Shown here one piece after another: positions 46,901 through 59,714 of a stretch of DNA of 64,000 nt (positions within the stretch are counted from its first letter, which is position 1; every line of letters starts with the position of its first letter). A program made the position numbers and the translations under genes. The notes beneath the pieces were generated by a model. The model searched no databases, had not been told where the DNA came from, and was given only the letters and a program-made list of their open reading frames with translations. Source of the stretch: Ostrea edulis (lineage: Eukaryota); NCBI RefSeq assembly GCF_947568905.1, contig NC_079165.1, forward strand, positions 3,658,001-3,722,000, read 5' to 3'.

Positions 46901-49900
46901 AAACTGTAATCGAGTGATTTTAAACATGTCTCTATTTTCAGGAAATACTGTTTGACTGATTACGGTTTGATTAGAAATGCTAATGTTAAATACGATTGTT
47001 ATCTTTATCATGTTACTCTGTGATAATTTAGATCAATTTAGTGCATTTACATGTAGATAGGGAGAAGCACAAATCATCTCTTTGTAGCATTTATTGTCAT
47101 TTATTGATAATCCCCTATTTCTACAACATGGTACAACAATCGAGAGACATCTTTCATAAAATATTATATCGCATATTATAAACATATTTAAAATATCGTA
47201 TTGCATTAAGTTTATCAGATTGAAAATTAAGATAATGTATGTAAAATTTTTATCCTACTGCCAGAGAATGCTACAAGTTTCCGATGTATTATCTAATTAC
47301 GAATTTCGGTTTTGCGGCCATTGTGACTATACATGTGATATACCTTTTGCAGCTGTGACGCTGTATGTACTGCGATTGTGGGTAGCTGGTGGAAAATGTT
47401 ATAGCAAGGCTCGCCTGGACAAGAAGACCGTGATTATAACGGGAGCAAACACAGGCATAGGGAAGGAAACCGCGATAGACCTGGCAGGAAGAGGTAAGTA
47501 AGGCTCGCCTGGACAAGAAGTGATTATGACGGAGGGAGGGGGACACTGGCATGGGGATAGACCTGGCAAAAAGCAGTAAGTTAAACTCACTTAGACAGGA
47601 AGATTATGGCGTATACACTGAAATATAGGGAAACAGACCGCGATAGACTTGTTCTCAAGACCATAAACTGAGAAAGTACCGAAGTCTAAATTCTAAATTT
47701 TGAATCCATCTAACTTTTGAAATAATTTTCATAAACTATTAAATTTTCAGCATGTGTTTGCATTTCATTTCTTTTATTAACCAGCAGTTTTTAAAACCGT
47801 CTTTTCTAGATATGCCTGAAGATAATGGTAATTAAAATTTTGACTTACTATTGGTCTGTTCTCAGTTTATGGTCTTGAGGCCTAGTAAGAAGAGGGATAA
47901 ATAAGGCTTGCCTGACAGAATGACCGCGATTGTAACCAGTGGTGTCAGACCGCAATGTATCTAACAGGAGAGGTAAGCTACGCAGGCAGAAGTGTCATCT
48001 TTTTGTATTTTCCCAACATTTCACTGCGGAAACTCGCGTGTCCAGCTGTATGATTTGTAAGTTTATTTGAAAAGAGTTTCTTTTTTCTTTTAAAACTGTA
48101 GATTTATTAGGTGTTTTATTTCTAAGTCATTATTTGAAACGTAAATTATAAAGTAGGTCAAAAATGTAATTGTCCAATCAGAACAGGGGGATCTAAATCA
48201 ATCTCGTTCTAGGAGCCAAAGTCATTCTGGCCTGTCGCGACAGGTGTCGTGGAGAGAGAGCGTTATCTGACGTCATCAGGAAATCGGGGAGTAAGCAGGT
48301 AGTCCTAAAGATGCTTGACCTGGCCTCACTGGAATCCGTCCGAAAATTCGCACAGGACATCAACAAAAACGAACCCAGACTAGACATTCTAATAAACAAC
48401 GCCGGTAAGGTATTCTATATTGAATAGGTTACACTATTTCTAATAAAGGTTCCATTTAACTTGTATCAAAACGATATTCTTACATTCAAATCATGGTTCA
48501 TGTCGGATTAATTGTTTGTCTTTAGTCCCGTTGAGAAATTGATATTGAGACGTCACCAGCTGTAGGTGAAGTACCACAAATTTAGACCTATGCTTAGCGC
48601 TCAGAGCTGTAGCTGTGAGGGTTATTTATCGTGCCAATGCCTGCCGCGACACGAGACCTCCGTTTTGGAGGTCATATCCGAAAGATCTGTGATTCTCACT
48701 TATAAATGCCGAGCGTTTGGCGAAGGAGCAATCACTACCCATGTTAACGTCTTAGGTGGCACGAGCGGAGCTCGAACTCGAAACGAGAAAACCTTCGAGG
48801 ATGACTATTACACGGGGCACCAAATGGGACTCTTGTGCTTTTAAAGTCAAAATCCAACTTTGTGTGGACAAAAATGACTTTTGTTCAACAAAATGAGTTC
48901 AAGTTAACAAAATTGATAACAAATCACAAAATTATCAAAAGCCACGTACTTTTGTATTGACAAAATTCATTTTGTTAGACAAAATTTTATTTTGTATCAC
49001 AAGTGAATTTTGTATGCAAATTAGTTTTATTTGGAATCTGAAAACTAATATGCATACAAATTTGAAAAATATTCTGACAAAAATCAGTTTTGTTAGACAA
49101 AATTGAATTTTGTTAGACGAAATTGAATTCTGTCTTAACAAAATCACTTTTGTCTTACAAAACTATGTTTTTATAAATGAAAACTTCAATTACGTAATGA
49201 CCAAACTAAATTTTGTTATATAAAATTATCTTTCAGTGGGCAAAAATAATTTTTGTCATGACAAAATTCATTTTTGTACACAAAAGTCATTTTTGTCATG
49301 ACAGTTATTTTTGTCATCTTTACTTGTAAGCTGCTCACCGATTGGTTGAAACGCTTTCATTTAGCTTATTCCTTGGTAAAGGTTAGTCGGACTTGGAAGG
49401 TATGATTGTAAACAAATATTTGTTGAATATACACGTAAATATTACGCTTATGATAATTCATGTGCCATTGAAAGAAAAAAAAATCATAGATTTTCAAATA
49501 CTTAAATCCCGATTCTTTGTTCAGTAATTGGCAAGTACATGATATCATAACCTGCCTCCCCTTTCGCCTAAAAATGAGATTCCCGACCGGAGGATGCGCT
49601 ATCCTCAAAGTGAATGGCAGCTCTGAGCCTCCAGCGCTGGATCTTGATAGGAGAGATACGGGCCTTGAGGTGACCGTCCATCAGAACTTCACCATCGTTT
49701 GGGTGTTTTATTTTATCTCCATCACAATCATCTCTGATATCTGAGAATGGTATTCTCGTTAGTCTAAAACTCTTCATTCGTCTGTAGATTGTTTTAGTGC
49801 AGACATTAAAGTATTGTGCAATGTGTGTGATTGGTGTATCTTCATCGAGCAACTCTCGTAACCTTTCTATACTAATGTCTTCGTCAGGTATGTCACTTGT

Positions 49901-52900
49901 TGAGGCCATCATGGCGTATAGTACCCGGTACTATCATCGCCTGTACTACAATGAGAGGCCCTCTTACAAAATCGTGATGAGAATTTTCATTTGCATAACC
50001 ATATTTGGATTGTGTAAACTAATTTGCATACAAAATTAACTTATGTTAGACAAAATTGACTTTTGTGATGCAAAATTCAATTTTGTGTTCATTTTCATTT
50101 TTGTCTAACAAAACTTAATTTTGTCCACACAAAAATGGATTTTGAGTACAAAGTCTCGAAATCAACATTTTGTATACGAATTCAATTTTGTCTGCAAAGA
50201 AGTTTATATTTGCATACCTGATTGACAAAAATGAATTTCTTCATGACCAAAATGATTTTTGTCCACTGAAAAATAATTTTGTATATCAAAATTTATTTTT
50301 GTCTTTACAGAAATGGAGTTATCATAAAAGAAGTATGAATGACATATTTTTGTTAAGACAAAAATGATTTTGTTATGACAGAATTCAATTTTGTATACAC
50401 AGAATTGAATTTGATTACAAAAGCATCAAGTCCCAATCGGCGCCGCGTACTATTCTATATGGTGTTTAGCCACGTCATGATGTAATTTATCATTTATACA
50501 ATATATACAAATAAATGACAGTAAAATACATTCTACATTACATCATCCAGTGGTAGTGATAATACGCCGAGTTTCATCATCCAGTGGTAGTGATAATACG
50601 CCGAGTTTCATCATCCAGTGGTAGTAATAATACGTTCAGTTTCAATCATCCAGTGATAATGATAATACGCTCAGTTTCATGAAAACGTCTACACATTTCA
50701 GTCACGTGATGCAGGATCCGGGGCCATGACACTGAGATGAGTCTAAGTCTCACTTCTATGTACATAAACTGTAGCGTATAGTGTTTGTCATGGTGTGCAT
50801 GTTAGGGTATAAAAAGTAAAAGGGGCCTGTGATAATTTATATAATTAGTTACTTACCTATACTTTCATTATTTTATATCCCCATGATGTTAACAATCTTA
50901 ATATTAATTGTTTTATATCTATCATAGCAATCTTAATATTTATTATTTTATCATGTCTATATCCCCATGGTGCTAACAATCATAATGTTTATTGTTTTAC
51001 AGTCTGATTAAAATCAAACCATCACTGCGTGGACTCCCACGCAGCGATTGTCCGTATATCGAGCGAAGTGAGAGGTTTGATTTTAATCAGACTGATTGTT
51101 AGCATCATGGGCATATAAAACAGTCTTAATATTTCTTATTGTATATCCCCATGGTGCTAACAGTCTTAATATTTATTATTTTATGTTCCCATGGTGCTAA
51201 CAATCTTAATATTTACTATTTCATATCCCCATGGTGCTAACAGTCTTAATATTTTATATCCCCATGGTGCTAGCAGTCTTAATATTTATTATTTCATATC
51301 CCCATGGTGCTAACAGGTTAGGTTCCCATGATGCTAACAATCTTAATTTTTATCATTTTATGTTCCCATGATGCTAACAATCTTAATTTTTATCATTTTA
51401 TGTTCCCATGGTGCTAACAATCTCAATATATTACACATGTGTACAATTAATTTACAGGTGTAATGATGTGTCCCCTCGGTAGAACTGCTGAGGGATTTGA
51501 AATGCAATTGGGAACAAATCATCTGGGTCATTTTCTTTTAACCAATCTGTTGTTGGATAAGATGAAGAAATCCGCCCCTGCCAGAATCGTCAACGTTTCC
51601 TCTTATGCCCACACATGTAAGTTATAGCATAAGTCGTTTTAACAATTATTTCCGTCATATGACATTGTGCAAGGATATATTCTCTGTGGTTATGTGGGTT
51701 TTATACATATACGCCCGTATTTTTGGCGGGAAATATTATGGTATAAGTTTTCCCGTCCATCAGTCTGTAAGCTTTTTCGTATCCGGTTCATATTTTTTAG
51801 ATTATAAGACAGTTTATGCATTTTGAGGAAAGACATGTCATATTTCAAAAGTAGGTCACACTAAGGCGTAGAACCATCTAACATTTTCAGTTGATGTATC
51901 TTTCGAGGGTGGGTGTAGTCGCTCTTGGGAGGGTGGGTGGAGTCACGAACCAAATATAGGTCACTGTGGCCTCCTGAAATTTTATGGCTATACATATTCA
52001 AATCGTGTATGGATCACATCTGCACACTTGCATTCTTTAAAACTTAGACAGTTGGTGCATCTTTGTCGTGAACTAAAAATAGGTCACTGTGCCTCAATTT
52101 GAAAATTTATGGCTATATATACATGTATACCGATCGGATCCAGATCATATCTTGAGTACTGTGAGGCATAGGACGATGGAACTTGGGTCAGTTAATGCAC
52201 TATGAGAAGAAGGTGTGTAGCGACCCAAAGGTAGGTCACTGTGTCCTCATTTTGGAATTGCAATTGACAGTCTCATATGTTGTAACTTCAAATATGCATA
52301 CATACAGCATTGGGGGGGGGGGGGGGGGTCGCAACTTAAAAGATTGTGATCTCAGTTTGGAACTGCAATTGACATCATCATAGACATGCTTACAGAGACA
52401 TGCATCATGCAGATGTAGTGGGGTATATTTATGTATCCCAGCGGTGCACTTTTTGTGTTGAGGTCAGTTCAAGATGGCGAATGCTGAAGGGCTTTGTAAT
52501 TCAGGCATAATGTATATTGATTAATTGTATCTGCCACGTACGCACCCTTCTAACCAAGAAACACTCATTGGTATTCACATACATGTATATTATTTCAATT
52601 TTACAGTTACCAATAAAATTAATTTTGACGACATCAACAGTGAAAAGAGCTACAGTAGAACGCAGGCTTACGCACAGAGCAAATTAGCCAACATCCTGTT
52701 TACAAGGGAGCTGAGTAAAAGACTCAAAGGTAAACAAAAATCAATCAAAGGGCGCGGCTTATGTAGAAAAACTGATGAAATTTAATTCTATCATTATCAA
52801 TGTGTTAATTGTGGATTATAATCCAGCAGACAATTAACATTTTGGCAATCTAAATTAGACTGAAATTTTGGTAAATTGTCAAACTTTTATATAACTATTA

Positions 52901-53241
52901 ACTACACATTCTATAAAGTATATGACCACAGGCTCTCGGCCATCCAAAAATTTTGTTTGGTTATATATTTATACAAATATTTGACCTCGATACACCGCCG
53001 CGGTGGTCTAGAGGTTAGAGCGTTCGCCTCGCATGCGGCAGGCCGGGGTTCGAATCCCGGCCGCGACAGACCCAAGTCGTTAAAACAGGTAGTGGCAGTT
53101 CCATCGCCTAACGCTTGGAATGTCACAGGTCCTCGGAGATGACCTTAAAAACGGATGTCCCGTGTCGCAGTAGGTGTGGCACGCTAAAGAACCCTCACTG
53201 CTCAATGGCTGTAAGCGCCGAGCAAAGCCCTTCACCGGTCT

Positions 53242-53276
<35 letters not shown>

Positions 53277-56200
53277 AGAGACGTTAAGCAAGATACAATT
53301 AATCAATCAATCGATGTATAAATATATGTAGACAACCAAACGGAATATTTTATTTGATGGTACATATTTTATTGCGTATAAAAGGGTGACATTTCTAAAT
53401 AAAAAAGAACTAGGATATGTGCTTTTGATCTGACTGTGGTGTATTACTTGCAGGAACCGACGTGACCGCTAACTCTTTACATCCGGGTACAGTGATGACG
53501 GAGCTGGCGAGATATTTCCCGGGATATAGCATCGCATGGCCAGTGTTAATCTTCTTCGCAAAATTCTCCATTGAAGGCGCTCAGACGAGTATTCAGTGTG
53601 CTGTTGAAGAGACCTTAGAAAGCGTTTCCGGGAAGTATTTCAGGTATTTCAGTAATTTTCGTAAAGTTTTAATCCTAGATCTAAAGGTGTTCCTATGATC
53701 TAATTTGACCAATATTAAACGAATATTGACAATCACATTCAAATATCAAAACAGCACCATGTATGGGTAACTCCTTCAAGACATGCACATTTAATCATTT
53801 ATATGATACAAAGTTCATGAGAAAATCTATTTTACTAATTGGAGAAAACTTTTGCACACAAATTATCATCAGAGGCCTATAACGAAAAACGCATATCGAT
53901 TGAAGTCAGCATTTCGCAAATTCTATGGTCGTCATAACGATCTAGTTTGTCAATACAACCTATCATTGGGTCAAATGCTGTCTGACTTGTTTTATACCGA
54001 TTGTTAGGCCGTTCTTGGCACACTGATTTTGACTACGGATAACTCCGTTTACCTGATCAGGATATAGGGCTCACGGCGGGTGTGACCGTTCGACAGGGGA
54101 TGCTCACTCCTCCTAGGCACCTGATCCCACCTCTGGTGTGTCCAGGGGTCCGTGTTTGCCCAACTCTTTATTTTGTATTGCTTGTAGGAGTTATGAGATC
54201 GATCACTGTTCGTTGTCTTCACCTCTCATTCATATTAAGACAAGTGTGGAAAGGCGGGTGAGCATAAAGCGTGCAAACAGCATAAATTCTTGAGCCCGAA
54301 TGATTGTACTTATAATGCTCTACAGACTGGTAATACAAGTATTGCTACGCTGTGTACTTGATTTAGACATCATGGACAGTTGTTTCTTCAATAAAAATGA
54401 GAAAAGGAAATATTAATATCTATTGATTAGTCATCCAAACAAAATACTTTGTTAAACACCACTCTGATTCCACGCACAAGTACTCTGAAGTTTAAATTAA
54501 AAATATGCTGGAGTTCCTCATTGACAATATCTTCGTTGGCTTTGGTGATCAGATTTTCCAACAGTCTGTTGGAATGCCCATGGGCACAAATTGTGCTCCT
54601 TTATTAGCTGTCCAGTTTTTATATTCTTATGAGGCAGAATTTATTAAAAAGCTTCAACATGAGAAGAACTTTTTTTCTTGTTGTGGCCGTCAACTCGACA
54701 TTTAGCTATATTGACGACGTTTTATCTATCAACAATGATCATATGTCAATTCGATATATCCCAATGAACTCAAAATAAAAGACACCAAAGTGTACGACAA
54801 AGAGGATGATTTCAACTTCTCCATCATTAACTTCCCATATTTATAGGGACCTCCGTGGCCGAGTGGTTAAAACATTGCGCTCAAAATCACACAGCCTCTC
54901 ACCTCTGTCGGCGCGGGTTCGAATCCCGCTCGCGCAGGTAAGTGAGAAAGTTGCCCAGTTTACTTTCGGAAGGTCGGTGGTCTCTTCCCAGGTACATTTT
55001 ATCTGGGTTCGCTCTTCCACCAATAAAAACTGGGCGCCACCAGATATTCAAAAATTGTTGAGTGTGGCGGAAAACACCAATCAATCAATCCCATATTTAT
55101 GAGGCAATATTCCATTATCACCTGTATATGATTTTTATATCTTTCAACTGACTCGATACACAAGACATTGTTCGGCAAATTATCAGTTTTTATACGCCCG
55201 TCGAAGACGGGACGTATTATGGTATGGCGTCGTCCGTCTGTCGGTCCGTCCGTCTGTCTGTCCGAACCTTGCAGACTGAACCATAAGCCCTAGGGCTTTA
55301 CAACTTGGTACATTTGATCACCATGATGAGAGGAAGATGCCTATTGTTTTTCAAGGTGAGAGGTCAAAGGTCAAGGTCGTAGTATCACTTATTAGGAAAA
55401 CCTTGTGGGCAGGATACAAACCGAACCGTAAGCTCCAGGATATTATAACTTGGTATATTTGATCACCATGATGAGAGGAAGATGCCTATTGTTTTTCAAG
55501 GTCAAAGGTCAAGGTCGTATCACTTTTTAGGAAAACCTTGTGGGCAGGATACAAACCGAACCGTAAGCTCCAGGATATTATAACTTGGTATATTTGATCA
55601 TGATGAGAGGAAGGTGCCTATTGTTTTTCAAGGTGAGAGGTCAAAGGTCAAGGTCGTAGTATCACTTATTAGGAAAACGTGGGCAGGATCCAAACCGAAC
55701 CGTAAGCTCCAGGATATTATAACTTGATATATTTGATCACCATGATGAGAGGAAAACGCTTATTGTTTTTCAAGGTCAAAGGTCAAGGTCGTAGTATCAC
55801 TTTTTAGGAAAACCTTGTGGGCAGGATACAAACCGAACCGTCAGCTCCAGGATATTATAACTTGGTATATTTGATCATCATGATAAGAGGAAGGTGCCTA
55901 TTGTTTTTTTCAAGGTCAGAAGTCAAAGGTCAAGGTCGTAGTATCACTTATAAGGAAAACCTTGTGGGCAGGATACAAACCGAACCGCAAGCTCCAGGAT
56001 ATTATAACTTGGTATATTTGATCACCATGATGAGAGGAAGATGCTTATTGTTTTTCAAGGTCAAAGGTCAAGGTCGTAGTATCACTTTTTAGGAAAACCT
56101 TGTGGGCAGGATACAAACCGAACCGTAAGCTCTAGGATATTACAACTTGTTATTTTTGATCGTCATGATGAGAGGAAGGTGCCTATTGTTTTTCAAGGTC

Positions 56201-57031
56201 AGAGGTCAAAGGTCAAGGTCGTAGTATCACTTATAAGGAAAACCTTGTGGGCAGGATACAAACCGAACCGTAAGTTCCTGGATATTATAACTTGGTATAT
56301 TTGATCACCATGAAAATGAATTAGCTTACAGAGGACAGTGCTAACTTCACTAAAATATGAATCCCACTAAAATATGTTTTCCTTGAACAAAATCTACGGG
56401 CGTATTATGCCACGTTGGCGTTGCTCTTGTTAAATCGAGGCAGGCTACTGACTAACAAGTTGATGTTATAGGGATTTCAACAGTCTCTCAACTCTTGCGT
56501 ATCGAATCATTTGAGATATATAAACACCATATACCGATTGTTAGACCGTTCTGGGCACACTGATGTTGACTACAGATAACTTTATATAATCTAATGCTAT
56601 CTGACGTGTAATTCATACCAATTGTTAGGTCTTCTTTATACACTGATTTGAGTACGGATTGCTCCGTTTACTTGATCAGGATATAGGGCTCATGGCGGCT
56701 GTGACCCGTCAACAGGGGATGTTTACTGCTCCTATTCACCTGATTCCACCTCTGATGTGTGTAGAGGTCCGTGTTCGCCCAAAGTTAACGCGCTTCGTGA
56801 AGCATGCTGACGTAAAGCATGCTGACGGAGTGACGTAAAGCGTTACAGTTCATATGCCATGCAGTTTTTAAAAATGAAATCTATTTCCAAAGTGTCTGTA
56901 ATCTTTATTCCAGTGACTGTGCTGTATGTAAAGAATCTAAAGCAGCGCAGGACGACGAGGCGGCAAAGAGACTCTGGGACGTGTCTGTCAAAATGGTGGC
57001 CTATGGGGCTGGAGGAATAAGTACAAAATGA
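40958..57031 (+). CDS. Retinol dehydrogenase-like SDR, paralog 2 (7 exons, 329 aa)
   Basis: Exons 40958-41024, 47353-47493, 48213-48404, 51458-51616, 52607-52729, 53454-53643, 56914-57031. Internal exon sizes identical to paralog 1. Motifs [22 protein letters not shown]. Confidence 0.92.
42820..43090 (-). mobile_element. Penelope-like 3' fragment
   Basis: GGGCAAACACGGACCCTTGGACACACCAGAGGTGG...GGTATGAAACACGTCAGACAGC. Confidence 0.8.
43270..44285. repeat. Repeat-bearing interspersed element with a 63-bp tandem pair and longer degenerate units
   Basis: ATAGAGCCGCA...CTTGACCCAGGGGAC.TGAA.GATAGAGGCTTCTCC occurs twice. GGTCCATGAATTTCACAA and GATGCATTTTTACT motifs recur. Confidence 0.6.
44285..44475. 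repeat. 40-bp minisatellite, short array
   Basis: Same unit as 46150-46865. Confidence 0.85.
44480..46140 (-). mobile_element. Longest Penelope-like RT copy, internally deleted and rearranged
   Basis: [61 protein letters not shown](Y); 85-bp internal tandem duplication at ~45400-45570. Confidence 0.9.
46150..46865. repeat. 40-bp minisatellite (AATATTAACGTTATTCAATGACGTGTTAATCATGTGGACA), ~18 units
   Basis: Exact 40-bp periodicity visible. Confidence 0.96.
48510..48790 (-). mobile_element. Meta-domain-like tRNA SINE, degenerate
   Basis: Reverse complement of the 52994 family (CCGAGCGTTTGGCGAAGGAGC.TCACTACC..TTAACG.CTTAGGT). Confidence 0.7.
48842..50420 (-). mobile_element. Degenerate DNA transposon (IS3EU/IS481-like) with TTTTGT-rich inverted subterminal repeats
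   Basis: ORF 49912-49568 has an HTH ([21 protein letters not shown]) and [26 protein letters not shown]. 48846-48875 is inverted to 50117-50146, and 49100-49280 to 50224-50400. Superfamily call is from recalled motifs. Confidence 0.6.
50541..50678. repeat. 34-bp tandem repeat x4
   Basis: CATCATCCAGTGGTAGTGATAATACGCCGAGTTT at 50541, 50575, etc. Confidence 0.9.
50875..51425. repeat. ~39-bp degenerate minisatellite (ATATCCCCATGGTGCTAACAATCTTAATATTTATTATTTT)
   Basis: CCCATG(G/A)TGCTAACA recurs about 10 times. Confidence 0.85.
51000..51094. mobile_element. 95-bp miniature inverted-repeat element, perfect 21-bp TIR
   Basis: CAGTCTGATTAAAATCAAACC ... GGTTTGATTTTAATCAGACTG. Confidence 0.88.
52994..53312 (+). 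mobile_element. Near full-length tRNA-derived SINE (Meta-domain-like)
   Basis: A-box TGGTCTAGAGG at 53004-53014, B-box GGTTCGAATCC at 53047-53057, body AAGTCGTTAAAACAGGTAGTG, (CAAT)n tail. Confidence 0.88.
53890..54230 (+). mobile_element. Penelope-like 3' fragment
   Basis: [36 protein letters not shown] plus full 3' UTR. Confidence 0.88.
54846..55090 (+). mobile_element. tRNA-derived SINE with 12-bp TSD
   Basis: A-box TGGCCGAGTGG, B-box GGTTCGAATCC, (CAAT)n tail; TCCCATATTTAT flanks both sides. Confidence 0.9.
55188..56430 (+). mobile_element. HINE/pearl(CvA)-like element with internal ~135-147-bp tandem array (~7.5 units)
   Basis: Subterminal IR ATACGCCCGT/ACGGGCGTAT, (GTCC/GTCT)n microsatellite, 3' hairpin GCCACGTTGGC, insertion into a T-run. 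Confidence 0.85.
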
Positions 57032-58314
57032 ACAAGGACATTGGATTGTTGTGTTAACTCGTTCATCAACATTGATGCATGTCTGCTTTCATTCTATATT
57101 TCATAGCTACATGCATATGTATATTTGTTACAGAACAAATTGCGTGTATATTTGTATATCGACACTGCTGAATATTTTAAGGTGTGTACATATGTATCTA
57201 GTGTATATTTAGAGAACTGGCGCAGCATTAGTAAATATACTGTATGGCCGGTTTTGGATGGATGTAAAATTTGACGGACTTCAGAAACAAAAGTATGTGA
57301 ATAATATTGATTGTTGTAAATTTGGCGATTTTATTTATGACTTCTATATAGAGATATAAAATGGGCTTGAAGTCGGTGCTTTATTCCTTTTGACAATTGG
57401 AAAATATCGCCAAAAGCAATACACCGCTAAAATAACCCTCTATACAGTTTTCCCTTAGACATGTGTTAATCACAGAATATGCATGCATTGAGATTTGTGG
57501 ATGAATTGTGGAAAAACAAAGAAGAACAAGATCATGTCATCTATTCATTTTTTCCTTTTTCCATCGTCCTGTTATATAACGTTGGTGTGGATGTTCCTGA
57601 TAATCATATTGTTTCTGGATTTGATTCTTATGCTGTTACATTGGAGCAATATTTGTGACGTGGAGATGAAATCCACTGATAATATATTCTGGTATGAGCT
57701 TTAACCAGCAACTCACTTTACGCCTTTTCGTGTGTAGTTTTGGCATTGTACAAAGTGTTATGACGTCGCTGAAAAATAAATAGGAAATACCTATTAATCG
57801 CTGAGAATTATATCCAGTACTAGTGGATGACTGCTATCAATCTATATTTCAAACTCAGTATATAACTGGCGCGTTATTGGGCATAATTGTATACACTGCT
57901 AATATTCATTATCTTTTGAATTTCCCACTGTGCCGAATCCCAACGAGAAAAAATAAGTTTGTGCCCAAACGTCATCTTAGAATTTTTCCTACCACCGATT
58001 AGAATGCGTTATCATTTTTTATTTATCGTTGATGAATTTGCTATAATAATAAATAAAATTTCATATGGAAAACTTTTCAACTGGAGCACAATGAGATTGT
58101 CACCGTCATCCATACATACACACTGCGAACACATCCGAATTTTTTTTTCGTTTAGGCGGTTTTTTTTTTTTTTTTTTAAAGAAGAAAATTCTTTAAAATA
58201 TTTCTTTACCATACGACTTCAGAAGTTTAGTTGTGAGGGTGTCCATTGCGATTAGAGTTACAACTCTATGAAAGATTACCCACAACCAACGCAAATTTAC
58301 CAGTGATGCAGATT

Positions 58315-58555
58315 AATTCATACCGATTGTTAAGCCGTTCTTGTCACACTGATTTTGACTGCGGATAACTCCATTTACCTGAACAGGATATAGGGTTCAC
58401 GGCGGGTGTGACCGGTCGGCAGGGGATGCTTACTCCTTCTAGGCACCTGATCCCACCTCTGGTGTGTCCAGGGGTCCGTGTTTGCCCAACTATCTATTTT
58501 GTATTGCTTGTAGGAGTTATGAGATTGATCACTGTTCGTTATCTTCACCTTTCAC
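58315..58555 (+). mobile_element. Penelope-like 3' UTR fragment
   Basis: Matches the family terminus GAGATTGATCACTGTTCGTTATCTTCACCTTTCA. Confidence 0.88.
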
Positions 58556-58788
58556 GATGTTGCTATCGATTGCACGGGTATTCTGAGTTGCCGATTGCTT
58601 CGCTACTTTGAAGTACAATTTCTTGAAAGACAAACAAACGTCATCAGCTCTGGTAATCAGTTTTATTGTTTATGTTGAATATCCTAAACCCAAACATAGA
58701 CTCGTTTATATTTTTCGTTATAAATTGTGGAAGAGTGAAGATAACAAATGGTAACCAATCTGGTAAATTCTATAAAGAATACCTAAAC

Positions 58789-59385
58789 CAGACCTGGGGT
58801 CAATTACTTTAAAATGTAATGCATTAAATTACAATTACATTGGAATTTTCACCATTACAATTACCATTACTTTCCTTCATATAAGTAATTAATTAAATTA
58901 CAATTACTTTGCTAAAGTAATGAATTACATTGCACATTACAATGAAGAAGAAAAAATACAAAGAAAATTTATGAACACAATTTATTTGAAGTTAACTTTT
59001 AAATCAGATTGTGAATAAGTATAGTTGTTATTTTACACACTATAGCTGCATTTTATCATCATCATCATCAGATTTTTAAAAGTATTGTCAGTCAGAGAGC
59101 AGCGTTTTGTTCTGATCTGAAAAATTTGCCTGCAATGCTGAAAAGTCTTTCCACAGGGGCAGATGTTGCCGGGTTGGCCAAGAATCCTTGTGCTGCATTT
59201 GCCAGGAAAGGAAATAATATGCAATTCAAATGTAATTGAAAAGTAATGGTCATTACTGACATTTTTATGAAAGTAATGCATTACATTACAATTACTTGTA
59301 ATTCAAAAATGGGTGCATTACACATTACACCCCATTACTTTAAAAAATGTAATGATTACAATACATTACCATTACCCCAGGTCTG
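58789..59385. mobile_element. hAT-type MITE, 12-bp TIR CAGACCTGGGGT, 8-bp TSD, ATTAC-rich
   Basis: TSD ACCTAAAC at 58781-58788 and 59386-59393. Confidence 0.9.
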
Positions 59386-59714
59386 ACCTAAACACCCTCT
59401 GTTGACCGGTCATACCTGCAGTGAACCCTACATGTATGTCTTGATTACTGGCAATGGTGATGTCTCCATATGAGTGAAATATTCTCGAGAGGGACGTTAA
59501 ACAATATTCAATCAATCATACGCAGAACATTCTCTCGCGTATCGTATCGATATTGGTCTATTTGCAAAAGCGAACCCTGTAAGCTCGGCTCTCTTTACAA
59601 CACAACAAGTTTGGAAGGACATACGTCCCGGATTTCCAGTTGAAAACCTATAAGTAATCATCCCGGTCCATGAATTACATTGTGCCGTGAAGGATTTAAA
59701 TATCACCGACAAAC

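Larger units (their letters stand above)
54380..56780 (+). mobile_element. Penelope-like RT copy split by a SINE and a HINE-like element
   Basis: [38 protein letters not shown]; resumes at 55091 and again at 56431. Confidence 0.85.

Noticed and set aside
55817-56092. Repetitive ORFs at 55817, 24874-25231 and 43364-43571
   Set aside because: They are translations of non-coding tandem repeats; neighbouring units break the frame.
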